From: Candidatus Aenigmatarchaeota archaeon
Lineage (GTDB): Archaea; Aenigmatarchaeota; Aenigmatarchaeia; GW2011-AR5
Length of the DNA: 64,000 bases
Assembly: GCA_016184005.1 (NCBI GenBank)
Contig: JACPDL010000001.1
Coordinates: 829-64,828, forward strand
Direction of reading: 5' to 3'
In this document: one piece after another, positions 1 through 8,207 of the stretch
How positions within the stretch are numbered: the stretch's first letter is position 1
Layout: the number at the start of each line of letters is the position of its first letter
Notes under the pieces: generated by a model
Told to the model about the DNA's origin: nothing
The model's database searches: none
Seen by the model: only the letters and a program-made list of their open reading frames with translations
Translations under genes and position numbers: made by a program

Positions 1-191
1 AATTTAGTACCGAACTTTGTTAATTCATTGAATTCCTTCTTTGGATCCGGAATGGCGATCTTTTTCATTAACACAAGGTCGCCAAGTCTGCTTACCACAA
101 GCCTGCTGCCTTCCTCAATCCCAAGATCGTTTCTTATCTCCTGGGGTATGACAACCTGTCCCTTGGACGTTACTTTTGTTACTTCTGACAT
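1..191 (-). CDS. AbrB/SpoVT-family DNA-binding protein (antitoxin-like); 3' end runs off the window
   Basis: My own translation from the ATG at 191 gives MSEVTKVTSKGQVVIPQEIRNDLGIEEGSRLVV... The SKGQVxIPxxIR motif is typical of the AbrB/MazE fold. GAGGTGA lies just upstream of the ATG. It is absent from the ORF track because no stop codon falls inside the window. Confidence 0.6.
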   Translation of the reverse strand, partial: MSEVTKVTSKGQVVIPQEIRNDLGIEEGSRLVVSRLGDLVLMKKIAIPDPKKEFNELTKFGTK

Positions 192-381
192 GACATCACC
201 TCTCAGTAAGAATGTATTACTTTCCAACTTTATAAGGTTTACGGTAATCGGCTAGCAGGGAACGCGACAAAGAAACTGAAAAGGGCAGGCGACGTTCACC
301 ACGGCGCTGTCAGCGCCGGCGCCTTATAAACAGCCCAAACACCGCAATATTTAAATACTTTCCGGCTTTAACTATTAAACA

Positions 382-909
382 GTGATAATCATGCAGTACA
401 AATCAAGGTGGGCAAGAGGCCTTGTGGCTTCCCTCGGACTGATGGCAGCCGCGCACGCGCCCGCATACGCGCAGGGCGTTGCGGCAAAGGACAGCGGCAA
501 GGACGGGCCCGACGGCAGGCAGTACAGGGTCATCGCAATCCATGCCAACGGCAACGCCAACGGCTCGAAGCCGCTGATCGTCCTCGACAGGCTCGACGAC
601 GGCATAAGAATAGAGCCTTTCCTGTCCCCATGGCAGTACACGGAATCCACAGGCTCAGCAGCCGTGGACGCGGCAGGCTTCAAGGGCTACACAGCAGAGA
701 AGATCATGGACAGGGGCAGCGTAATAGGCTACGTGCTGGAGCCGCAGGACAGCCCGGGCGCAGGCAGGATACTCTACTCCTTCGACAACAGCAGGAACGG
801 CAAGGCCGTCATGCGAGTCTCCCAGGAAAGCCTGACCCAAGCCGGAGGAGCAGGTGGGGCTGGGGGAGATGGCGGAGCCGGAGGCGGCGGGGCTGGCGGC
901 GGGTATTAA
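382..909 (+). CDS. Secreted hypothetical protein with a Gly/Ala-rich C-terminal tail, in a GC-rich block
   Basis: It has a signal-peptide-like N-terminus (RGLVASLGLMAAAHAPAYAQG) and a tail GGAGGAGGDGGAGGGGAGGGY. An alternative start is at 391. GC content is far above the window average, and overlapping same-length ORFs in other frames are the expected GC artefacts. Confidence 0.5.
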   Translation: MIIMQYKSRWARGLVASLGLMAAAHAPAYAQGVAAKDSGKDGPDGRQYRVIAIHANGNANGSKPLIVLDRLDDGIRIEPFLSPWQYTESTGSAAVDAAGFKGYTAEKIMDRGSVIGYVLEPQDSPGAGRILYSFDNSRNGKAVMRVSQESLTQAGGAGGAGGDGGAGGGGAGGGY

Positions 910-918
910 CTTCTCATT

Positions 919-3726
919 CTAACAGCCAGTTGCTATAAATGAATTAGTTATTGATACACTATTCAAATTATTATCTGTGCCACTGAGTGTTTCTATAAAA
1001 TTTCTAGGTTGACAGTATGTCCAAAATGCGCCTGGGATTATTACATCACCACTCGCAGGAACAGATACTGAAATACTCAAGCAATCGGTTGTTTCTGGGA
1101 ATCCTCCACATGCTGCCCAATACCTACATTTGCTAGTTAATGTTACACCAACGTTGTTTGTTTCTTGTACTCTAGTTGAATAATAGTATGCTGTAGCACC
1201 TTCTGGTGGTGTGATAGGCGACCCGCCACAAACCGCTGAACAGCTTGGTCCGCACGCCAAGCTTGCAAGCAGCACAGCCATCTTCACGCAGGTGTCGCCC
1301 GTCTGGGCATAATTCGGCGGGCAGCCGCACACGCTGGCTTTGTCGATCAGCGCGCCGGCCTGGCAGAACTTCGGCTTGGTCAGGCTGCATGCGCCGCTGG
1401 CTGTGCCGTCGGGGCATGACGGCGAGCAGGGCGTGCTTGTTTCCGTATAGTATCCTGACGGGCAGGAGGGGCTTAAGGAGCATGAAACTGTCTGGGCGGG
1501 CTTCGCGTAGCAGTGGCAGTTCCACTTGTCCGGGATGAAGAAGAAGACCCAGTGGCAGGCGGAGCCTTCAACGCTCTTCACGTTCCCCGCGCCGTATACG
1601 GGGTCATACGCATTCTCGCAGTCGTCGTCGCAGCTGGAAACGCACATCGTCTCGATGTACTGCCAGTCATTGCTCCTGCATGTCAGCGCGTTCCATCCGG
1701 GGAGCACGCAGTTGTCTCCGCTCGCCGTGTAGCCCGCAGGGCAGCCGCAGGTGCCTGCCCTGCTTACAAGGCCGCCGCCCTCGCAGCGCAGGGGTTTCGT
1801 TGCGCTGCACGCGCCCTCAAGCGTGCCGTCCGAGCACACGACCACGCAGCTATCACCACTCACCGCATATCCCGAAGGGCATCCGCATATGCTGGCCCTG
1901 TTGACGAGGCTCCCGCTCAGGCAGTACTTGGGCTTCGTTATGCTGCATGAGCCGCTGGCTGTGCCGTCGGGGCATGTTGGCACTATGCAGCTGTCTCCGC
2001 TCGCGACGTATCCCGAAGGGCATCCGCACACGCTGGCTTTGTCAACAAGCGCCCCGTCCTGACAGTACTTAGGCTTCGTTGCGCTGCATGAACTGTATGC
2101 AGTGCCGTCGTTGCATGTCGGAACCACAGGGGTGCAGCTGTCTCCGTTCACTACATAGCCAAAGGGGCATCCGCATATGCTGGCCCTGTTGACGAGGCTC
2201 CCGCTCAGGCAGTACTTCGGCTTCGTCACGCTGCATGCACTGTACGGCGTGCCGTCAGCGCATGTCGGCAGAACGCAGCTGTCTCCGCTCGCGACGTATC
2301 CCGAAGGGCATCCGCACACGCTGGCTTTGTCAACAAGCGCGCCGGCATCGCAGTACTTGGGCTTGCTCGTGCTGCAGCTGCTGTACGCAGTCCCGTCAGC
2401 GCATGTTCCGGCGACGTTCACCACGGCGCTGTCAACGGCGACGCCTCCCGGCCCTGTGCACGTCAGCGTGTAGGTCTGTGTTGCGGTTATCGGCGGTGTA
2501 AGCTCTGATCCTGACAGGCTTTTCGCGCCGGACCACGAACCGGATGCAGAGCAGGAATCCGCGTTTGATGATGTCCACGAAAGCGTTGCCTGCGAGCCGT
2601 AGGCAATAGTCGGGCTCTCCATGCCGTTGGCCTTTATGTCGACAACCGGCAGGACGCACGGCCCGCAGTCGGCCGTGCACGTCGAGCAGGTTTCTCCAAG
2701 CTCGCATCCGTTGGCTCCGCACGTCGTGCAGGTGGCGTTGGCTATGACGTCACCGGAGCTGCATGTCGGCACCGATGCGCAGATGGTCTGGAAATCCTGC
2801 GTGCATGTAGTTTCGAATATTAGAGGAAATGTGGGAACGCATGATATTGTCGTGTAACCCGGCGGGCACGGCGGGCAGGTGAGAATCTGCGTCACGGTTG
2901 TCGTTTCCCTGCACGTGAGCCGGGTGGTTGTAGGCAGGCTAGCGATGGCCACAGTGACATTGTCGCTTGCCGTCCCGCCTATTCCTGTGCACGAAAGATA
3001 GAACGTTTTTTCCGATGTTACCGGCGGCGTAATCTCCGTGCCAGTGAGCGGCTTCGAGCCGGACCAGCCGCCGGATGCCGTGCATGTGCTTACGTTGGAA
3101 GACGTCCACGACAGCTCGACAGACAGGCCCGAGCGTATCACGAGGCTGTCGTTGCCGTCACCCTTCAGGTCCACAGCAGGCAGGGGGCACGTGCCGCAGT
3201 CAGCCGCGCAGGTAGCGCATGTTTCGCCGGCCGCAGCCTGGCAGAACATATCACCGCATACTACGGACCGGCAGCTTCCGTCTGCCGCGCAAACCTGCCC
3301 CAGCGGGCAGCTGCATGTGGTGCATTTATTGACAAGCGTGCCGGCCTGGCAGAACTTCGGCTTTGCCGCAGAGCACCTGTCATATGCAGTGCCGTCAGCG
3401 CACGCCGCCGCCACGCTGCCAAGGTCCGACAGGTAGACCCTGTTGTCGCCGGCCAGCAGATGTGAGACAAGCTCGACGTAGGGACTGGTGAGGCCCGCCA
3501 TCGGTATGCCGTATCCTGTGAAGTCGACATCCACATAAGGCTTGTTCACGGCCTGGATTACCTTCTCAGACGCCATCAGGGTTCTCGGCGAGTTGTAAAG
3601 GTTAACGGTTATAATAAACTGGTAAGGCACAGGCTGATCAAGCGGTATTTTTAGGCTGCCCACGATCTGCGCATGGCCAGTCGCAGCAGCAAGCAGAATA
3701 GCGACAATGAAAATTATTTTTTTCAT
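919..3726 (-). CDS. Large secreted cysteine-rich repeat protein (adhesin or surface-protein-like), with two Ig-like domains and at least 7 copies of a ~47-aa six-Cys module
   Basis: The ORF is 919..3750. I prefer the start MKKIIFIVAILLAAATGHAQ (ATG at 3726) because it gives a Sec-type signal. The repeat module is C-x-DGT-x4-CS-x2-KPK-[YF]-C-x2-G-x-L-[VI]-x3-[SGT]-x-CGCP-x-GY-x3-GD-x-C. Two SWTSSN...C.ASG.WSG domains are each preceded by GETC.TC.ADCG.C. Confidence 0.8.
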   Translation of the reverse strand: MKKIIFIVAILLAAATGHAQIVGSLKIPLDQPVPYQFIITVNLYNSPRTLMASEKVIQAVNKPYVDVDFTGYGIPMAGLTSPYVELVSHLLAGDNRVYLSDLGSVAAACADGTAYDRCSAAKPKFCQAGTLVNKCTTCSCPLGQVCAADGSCRSVVCGDMFCQAAAGETCATCAADCGTCPLPAVDLKGDGNDSLVIRSGLSVELSWTSSNVSTCTASGGWSGSKPLTGTEITPPVTSEKTFYLSCTGIGGTASDNVTVAIASLPTTTRLTCRETTTVTQILTCPPCPPGYTTISCVPTFPLIFETTCTQDFQTICASVPTCSSGDVIANATCTTCGANGCELGETCSTCTADCGPCVLPVVDIKANGMESPTIAYGSQATLSWTSSNADSCSASGSWSGAKSLSGSELTPPITATQTYTLTCTGPGGVAVDSAVVNVAGTCADGTAYSSCSTSKPKYCDAGALVDKASVCGCPSGYVASGDSCVLPTCADGTPYSACSVTKPKYCLSGSLVNRASICGCPFGYVVNGDSCTPVVPTCNDGTAYSSCSATKPKYCQDGALVDKASVCGCPSGYVASGDSCIVPTCPDGTASGSCSITKPKYCLSGSLVNRASICGCPSGYAVSGDSCVVVCSDGTLEGACSATKPLRCEGGGLVSRAGTCGCPAGYTASGDNCVLPGWNALTCRSNDWQYIETMCVSSCDDDCENAYDPVYGAGNVKSVEGSACHWVFFFIPDKWNCHCYAKPAQTVSCSLSPSCPSGYYTETSTPCSPSCPDGTASGACSLTKPKFCQAGALIDKASVCGCPPNYAQTGDTCVKMAVLLASLACGPSCSAVCGGSPITPPEGATAYYYSTRVQETNNVGVTLTSKCRYWAACGGFPETTDCLSISVSVPASGDVIIPGAFWTYCQPRNFIETLSGTDNNLNSVSITNSFIATGC
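1693..2403 (-). repeat. Tandem array of five Cys modules inside the large CDS, with an A-B-A-B structure of about 288-nt period
   Basis: The segments at about 1881-1940 and 2169-2228, and at about 1997-2050 and 2285-2338, are near-identical at the nucleotide level. Further diverged copies lie at 3262..3402 and 1282..1416. Confidence 0.85.
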
Positions 3727-3796
3727 GCTGAAAATAATTATTCCCGCCACCAGATAAAGATTTTTGGCTCATTAGAACCCGTCATTATATTTAATA

Positions 3797-4171
3797 TTAT
3801 TCTACCGAAGGCCTTATTCCTTCCCAGACCTGGTATCTGTCCGACTGCAGCAGAATAAGATCAAAAGTTACAGTCTTGCTGGTACAGTCATTAATTGTGT
3901 AAAAAACATCAACTGCGTAGCCAATCCTGCCTTTTGAAAGCTGGAAGAAATAAATGTAATCATTCAGGTTTTCCGAAAGTTCCTCGCAAGTGTTCCCCGA
4001 CAACTGGATTGTCCTTTGCAGCCCCTGCTTCAGGTTTGCAAAATGATAGTCTTCGTTATAGCTGGACGTGCCTGCCGTATCAACAGCATTGAAGCTGCGC
4101 AGGTTAGAGGAAACGGCAAAGACCGAGAATGCGATGAATATAGCAGATATTGCAAACCATTGCCCTTTCAT
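3797..4171 (-). CDS. Small type IV pilin-like protein (class III signal peptide candidate)
   Basis: The N-terminus MKG|QWFAISAIFIAFSVFAVSS has K-G followed by a hydrophobic helix, as in archaeal prepilins. The gene sits directly upstream of, and co-oriented with, the large Cys-rich protein. Confidence 0.45.
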   Translation of the reverse strand: MKGQWFAISAIFIAFSVFAVSSNLRSFNAVDTAGTSSYNEDYHFANLKQGLQRTIQLSGNTCEELSENLNDYIYFFQLSKGRIGYAVDVFYTINDCTSKTVTFDLILLQSDRYQVWEGIRPSVE

Positions 4172-4209
4172 GAGTTATTATTATTACTTCTCAATATATA
4201 ATAAATTAT

Positions 4210-5100
4210 ATGGAATGGGATTGTATACAATGCGGCAGGTGCTGCAAAAGGTGGAATATCAGCATAGATATGGAAGATATAGAAAATATAAAGAAATGCG
4301 GTTACGATGAAAGAGAATTTGTCGACAACAGAAAGGGGCAATTATTCCTAAAGCATCGCGGCCCAAATTGTGTCTTTCTGACCGAAGACAACAGATGCAG
4401 AATCCAGTCAGAACACGGCTATGAATTCAAGCCAAAAATATGCAGACAGTTCCCATTCGACAGAAACAATGTAAACACACTTGTCTGTGGAAATGTCATA
4501 CAAATAGGATTCAAAGAAAAAACACCATTTGTGGATAAAGGCAGGATATTTCAGTATGGAAGCAAAATAATATCACCAGAATTATTGTTGTACGCTATTA
4601 GCAAGGCAGACGCAGGGAATTGCGCAAATTCCTGGTATACAATTCTTAAGGGCATAAAGGCATCAAAAAACAGGATTATAGAAGAAAACGATATAGATGT
4701 GGCACTAAAGAATCCAAGTAAAATGTCCAGGCTGCAAAACCTCAGGCTGAAAATTATGTTGGCCGGATATTCCCGGTTCTTCTACCCGGAATTGGCACTA
4801 TTAATTTCAAGAAAATTCAAGATACCGCTAAAATTCGCCTGCGAAAAAACAGACATAAATTTCAAACACATTAAAGGTGTTGGAATTAAAAGCTCCGACA
4901 GGCAGAAATTTCTTAATCTGCTGAAAAAGGGTTACGGCATAATTTATAAGCCTGATTATCCCGACCATCTTCTGTTCTGCCTGTTCTTCTTGGATGATTT
5001 CTCAAAGCAGACAGCTTACAATAACAAAAAAGACAAGGCGGATATTCTGGATATTCTGAATGCGTTCAGTCTTCTGAATAGCACAATCAGGTTTAGCTGA
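4210..5100 (+). CDS. YkgJ-family Cys-cluster (putative Fe-S/Zn) protein
   Basis: N-terminal CIQCGRCCKRW, followed by NCVFL...NRCRI...KPKICRQFPF, matches the UPF0153/YkgJ pattern. Confidence 0.65.
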   Translation: MEWDCIQCGRCCKRWNISIDMEDIENIKKCGYDEREFVDNRKGQLFLKHRGPNCVFLTEDNRCRIQSEHGYEFKPKICRQFPFDRNNVNTLVCGNVIQIGFKEKTPFVDKGRIFQYGSKIISPELLLYAISKADAGNCANSWYTILKGIKASKNRIIEENDIDVALKNPSKMSRLQNLRLKIMLAGYSRFFYPELALLISRKFKIPLKFACEKTDINFKHIKGVGIKSSDRQKFLNLLKKGYGIIYKPDYPDHLLFCLFFLDDFSKQTAYNNKKDKADILDILNAFSLLNSTIRFS

Positions 5101-5141
5101 ACTACAATCTTTTCATGTGGGAAAAACGTGGGAACTGCAAA

Positions 5142-5441
5142 TCAAGCCACAGAGACAGCCTGCGCATGCGGAACGCCCTGGATGTAAAGAACGTTCTCTT
5201 TCTCTACCAGCTTTTTCCGGACCATGATCGAAATTATGCCTTTCCCTACTGCGTTGATTATGGTCGGCGACTTGATGAGGTCTGATGCCTCCTTCTCGGT
5301 GCATTCCTTGCCGCCGTAGAACTCTTTTGTTACAGAAATCTGGATGTCGCCTTCTTCGAATTTTTTGCCTATGATATCTGCATCGCATATTGCAAGCATT
5401 TGCTCGGTGCCGGAATTATAAAATTTGTACAAAAAGCGCAT
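5142..5441 (-). CDS. DUF424-like conserved archaeal protein
   Basis: The LAICDADIIGKKFEEG... pattern resembles DUF424. It lies downstream of aIF2-beta in the same orientation. The true start may be the internal MLAICD. Confidence 0.45.
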   Translation of the reverse strand: MRFLYKFYNSGTEQMLAICDADIIGKKFEEGDIQISVTKEFYGGKECTEKEASDLIKSPTIINAVGKGIISIMVRKKLVEKENVLYIQGVPHAQAVSVA

Positions 5442-5448
5442 TTTATCA

Positions 5449-5850
5449 CTATATTGCCCGCAAGGGCCTCCGGGCCCCGCACGCCTCGCACTTCAGTATT
5501 TCAATGCGCTCTGCTTTCTGGACTATTGTATCAGGCTTGGAACATTCATGGCACAAGACAAACTCCTTCACGTACTCGTCTATTTTTTTCCCGACGAGGC
5601 TGGAGGGGAATTTTCCCTGCAGATAAAGTTCGTTTCCGCGGATTTCTCCCGGCACCGCAAGCTCTTTGAACATGTATCTTGCAATATGTTTCGGTTCCCG
5701 GCGGAGCGCTTTGGCGAGTTCAAAAAGGTTCTTCAGCACCGTTTGCCTGCCTGCAAGTTGTGTGACAGCCTGGGGCACTTCAAACCGTTTTGTTTCTTTG
5801 GAAGAGATATTAGATCTCGCCCTTCTCAGCATCTCTAGGTAGTCGTCCAT
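5449..5850 (-). CDS. eif2b: Translation initiation factor aIF2 beta subunit
   Basis: It has the C-terminal zinc ribbon CHECSKPDT...KCEACG, and the length and sequence are typical of aIF2-beta. Confidence 0.9.
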   Translation of the reverse strand: MDDYLEMLRRARSNISSKETKRFEVPQAVTQLAGRQTVLKNLFELAKALRREPKHIARYMFKELAVPGEIRGNELYLQGKFPSSLVGKKIDEYVKEFVLCHECSKPDTIVQKAERIEILKCEACGARRPLRAI

Positions 5851-5854
5851 ATGG

Positions 5855-6244
5855 TCACTTTCCGTCAGATTTGCTGAAATCCCTGAGATCGCGGATTCCC
5901 AGGTACTTGTCTTTCGCGGATTTTATTGTCCCAGTCACTCCAAGCACGCGAACAACGGCTTTTGTCTCGCCGATTATCTGGATCATCATGAGCGAAGCCC
6001 TTGTATATTCCACGAAGTCATGCTGGCATTTAACTACGCCACGCTGCTGTTTATCGTCAAAAAGATTCTTAATGACCCAAATGCGCGCATCAGCAACGCC
6101 ATTTTCGCCGAGCAGATTCAGCAGCGAGGACCAAAAGGCTGTCATGAAGTCTCCGTACTCAACAGGTTTCTCGGAAATTATTTCAAAAACTACATACCTC
6201 TTGTGTGCCCGCATGCTTGGCGGCAAAAGTTTCGGTTCGGCCAT
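5855..6244 (-). CDS. rnp2: RNase P protein component 2 (Pop5)
   Basis: MAEPKLLPPSMRAHKRYVVFEI... is Pop5-like. I trimmed the track ORF (5855..6292) to the ATG at 6244 because the extension reads through a hairpin repeat. Confidence 0.8.
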   Translation of the reverse strand: MAEPKLLPPSMRAHKRYVVFEIISEKPVEYGDFMTAFWSSLLNLLGENGVADARIWVIKNLFDDKQQRGVVKCQHDFVEYTRASLMMIQIIGETKAVVRVLGVTGTIKSAKDKYLGIRDLRDFSKSDGK

Positions 6245-6246
6245 AA

Positions 6247-6296
6247 ACAAATCCCTTTCTTTTATGAAAAGAAAGGTCTTTGTAAACCCCAAAGAA
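6247..6296. repeat. Two-hairpin element filling the MazG-Pop5 spacer; same family as the tRNA-Pro(CGG) intron
   Basis: ACAAATCCCTTTCTTTTatgAAAAGAAAGGTCTTTGTAAACCCCAAAGAA shares identical blocks of 15, 15 and 12 nt with 52981..53026. Confidence 0.8.
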
Positions 6297-6301
6297 AAGA
6301 T

Positions 6302-6625
6302 TTACAGGACCTTATCTTCTTTTTTACCATTATATTTTTCAATTATTTTCTTATGCGTCAATTCAAAGGCCTCTTCGGCATCTACATCTAATTGATTTGC
6401 TAATCGGAGGATCCCGAAAAGCAAGTCCCCTACACCATCTTCAAATATCTCCTTCCTTTCTTCGAGCATCTTTTTCCTCTCGTTCAAGTTTTTATATCTC
6501 AGATACCTGCTCATTTCTATAAGCTCTTCATGAAGATGATCAAACTTATCCATATTGGGCTCATCTTTCCAGTCGTTCTTCTTCGCAAATTCCTTAACGA
6601 TTTCTTGAGCATCTTTGATTTTCAT
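6302..6625 (-). CDS. MazG-like nucleotide pyrophosphohydrolase
   Basis: It is a small all-helical protein with the EELIEM...ED..GDLL acidic motifs typical of MazG/NTP-PPase. Confidence 0.7.
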   Translation of the reverse strand: MKIKDAQEIVKEFAKKNDWKDEPNMDKFDHLHEELIEMSRYLRYKNLNERKKMLEERKEIFEDGVGDLLFGILRLANQLDVDAEEAFELTHKKIIEKYNGKKEDKVL

Positions 6626-6656
6626 TTTTTCACTTCAGTTCATTTTTCGTAATAGG

Positions 6657-6751
6657 CTTGAATAGGAGAGGAGGTTGATACGTGCAGAAAGCTTCGCTTT
6701 CTGACGTGCCAGAAAAGCTATGCTTCTCTGAGCAAGGATGTTCTCGACTTA
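6657..6751 (-). repeat. Family-2 composite hairpin element, long copy
   Basis: The minus strand reads AAGTCGAGAACATCCTT + 2 hairpins (CAGAGAAGC..GCTTtTCTG, CAGAAAGCgaaGCTTTCTG) + GTATCAACCTCCTCTCCTATTCAAG. It is near-identical to 38855..38943. Confidence 0.85.
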
Positions 6752-6764
6752 TCAATATTTTAAT

Positions 6765-6809
6765 TAGGAGAGGAGGTTGATAAGGATGAGAACCTAGGTT
6801 CTCGACTTA
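6765..6809 (-). repeat. Family-2 element, minimal copy, beginning with the Rpp30 stop codon
   Basis: The minus strand reads TAAGTCGAGAACCTAGGTTCTCATCCTTATCAACCTCCTCTCCTA. The TAA is the stop codon of the 6807..7517 CDS. Confidence 0.85.
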
Positions 6810-7517
6810 TTCATCAACTATTGTTACTCCTTCCCATCTTTTGCCTTCGAGCTTTTCCCTGTTTTGCTTGGCTATTCCTTCAGGGACGGCGGAAACAGAA
6901 TCTATTGCCTTCCCGAGATCCATGCCCAGTATATTCCCCAGTCCAGCCATGTCACGGGGAGACCGCATGTTCCATTTCGTAACAGCGCCCGAGGCTATCA
7001 CAACGCTTGCATTATAATTCTTGCACAGCATTACATTTTTTTTCATAGCTGCAATTATATGGACGCGCTGCTTCTTGTAGGACTCGAGGACTTCCCGGAA
7101 ATTCACCTCTATTGCAACGCTGTTTTCAGCTGCAGCTTTTGCGCATATATGGTCAAGCCCGGAATCTTTCCTGCCAAGCTCGGGATGGCAAAGTATATCG
7201 ACCAGCTGGTTTTCGCATGCGGCGCGGTTGACATCATAATCGCCACCATGAACCATCAGCACTTCCGCGCTATTTCTCACCTTCGTAGCAAGGATATTGA
7301 GCTCTTCCGGATTTTTCGGTTTAAGCATAACCGCATTAACAATGTCCATGCTTGCATCAGCTGTTTCCAGATCTTTCTTTGGCAAACGCGTGCCGTCGTA
7401 ATAACGAACCATGCCTATTCCATTAAGACCCAGCTTGGTTGCGAAGTCTATCGTCTCTTCGGGCGTTGATTCGCCTATGGATAGTGTTGTATGCACGTGC
7501 AGGTCGTAAAATGCCAT
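6807..7517 (-). CDS. rnp3: RNase P protein component 3 (Rpp30, PHP/TIM-like)
   Basis: It starts MAFYDLHVHTTLS..., a PHP-type motif. I trimmed the track ORF (to 7718) because its N-terminal 67 aa translate the hairpin array. Confidence 0.75.
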   Translation of the reverse strand: MAFYDLHVHTTLSIGESTPEETIDFATKLGLNGIGMVRYYDGTRLPKKDLETADASMDIVNAVMLKPKNPEELNILATKVRNSAEVLMVHGGDYDVNRAACENQLVDILCHPELGRKDSGLDHICAKAAAENSVAIEVNFREVLESYKKQRVHIIAAMKKNVMLCKNYNASVVIASGAVTKWNMRSPRDMAGLGNILGMDLGKAIDSVSAVPEGIAKQNREKLEGKRWEGVTIVDE

Positions 7518-7653
7518 GATAACCAATAAAATTTTGAGATGAAAGCTTAAAAGAGCCTTTTCTTTTAAGAAAAGAAAACCCTCGGGAAATCTGCAAAGAG
7601 CAAAGCTCTTTGGGATGCCAGAGAAGCTTTGCTTCTCTGAGCAAGAAAAACGA
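7518..7653. repeat. Array of three or more short hairpin modules between L15e and Rpp30
   Basis: The modules are CCTTTTCTTTTaagAAAAGAAAAcc, CTGCAAAGAGCaaaGCTCTTTGgGAT and CCAGAGAAGCtttGCTTCTCTGaGC. Confidence 0.8.
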
Positions 7654-8148
7654 TTACAACCCTCTGCTTTTTTTCCCGGCGCTGGTAAGTCCTCTAAAGG
7701 CACGCCGCCTGTGTGCAAGAACCCAGTTTATTGACCTGTCCTTTGCAACTGCAGGATGATGCGGATCAACAAGGATGACCTCAAAATAATGATTCTGCCC
7801 ATCACGGCCAACGGAATAAGAATTAATGACCTCAAGGTTCGGAAACTTTCGTGCGGCCCGCTTTTCTGCAATTGCCTGCTTGCTTTGCGCCGTGGTAAAG
7901 AAGCGGCCGTAGCTTCGCGGTTTTCTTCCTTTCCAGATTTTCGGCCTCTTCCTGCCGCCTTTTTTTATGCGTGTGCGAACAATAACAAAGCCCTGCTTGG
8001 ATTTGTAACCTAAACCGTGTGCCCTGTCAAGCCGCGTAGGCTTCTCAAGCCTTTCAACAACGTCCTGCTTCCTCCAAAGCCGCGCCCTCTCCTTGTATAT
8101 CGCTTTCGGTTTTTTCCACGCTTGGCGTATATGCTTATAGACTCCCAT
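7654..8148 (-). CDS. rpl15e: 50S ribosomal protein L15e
   Basis: [15 protein letters not shown]... is the canonical L15e N-terminus. I trimmed the start from 8190 to the ATG at 8148. Confidence 0.9.
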   Translation of the reverse strand: MGVYKHIRQAWKKPKAIYKERARLWRKQDVVERLEKPTRLDRAHGLGYKSKQGFVIVRTRIKKGGRKRPKIWKGRKPRSYGRFFTTAQSKQAIAEKRAARKFPNLEVINSYSVGRDGQNHYFEVILVDPHHPAVAKDRSINWVLAHRRRAFRGLTSAGKKSRGL

Positions 8149-8168
8149 AAAAATCACATAATAAATCG

Positions 8169-8207
8169 GAACCCATAATATTAAATTCAATTAATCGGTT
8201 CCGATAC
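8169..8207 (-). promoter_or_regulatory. Family-1 box, copy a: probable promoter of the L15e operon
   Basis: The minus strand reads GTATCGGAACCGATTAATTGAATTTAATATTATGGGTTC. The A/T-rich TATA-like core lies about 35 nt upstream of the L15e ATG. The box is flanked by the 9-bp inverted repeat ATCGGAACC/GGTTCCGAT. Confidence 0.5.

Noticed and set aside
408-938. Alternative ORFs in the GC-rich block: 408..938 (+), 375..683 (-), 1245..3436 (various) and 2432..2722 (-).
   Set aside because: High-GC DNA produces long spurious ORFs in all frames. These translate to Arg/Pro/Ala-rich low-complexity strings. The chosen frames have a signal peptide or a coherent Cys-repeat architecture.
6670-6690. GGAGAGGAGGTTGAT read as a strong Shine-Dalgarno sequence for a hidden gene, or ATCAACCTCCTCTCC read as part of a 16S rRNA gene.
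   Set aside because: No ORF of meaningful length starts at SD distance in any of the four copies. No other 16S sequence context is present. I keep it only as an anti-SD-like motif within family 2.
6807-7718. Long N-terminal extensions of several track ORFs: 6807..7718, 5855..6292, 7654..8190, 25577..26380, 49229..50167, 56937..58772, 33538..34743 and 46671..47429.
   Set aside because: The extensions either translate hairpin repeat arrays or overlap the preceding gene. Internal ATGs reproduce the canonical family N-termini ([50 protein letters not shown] and others).
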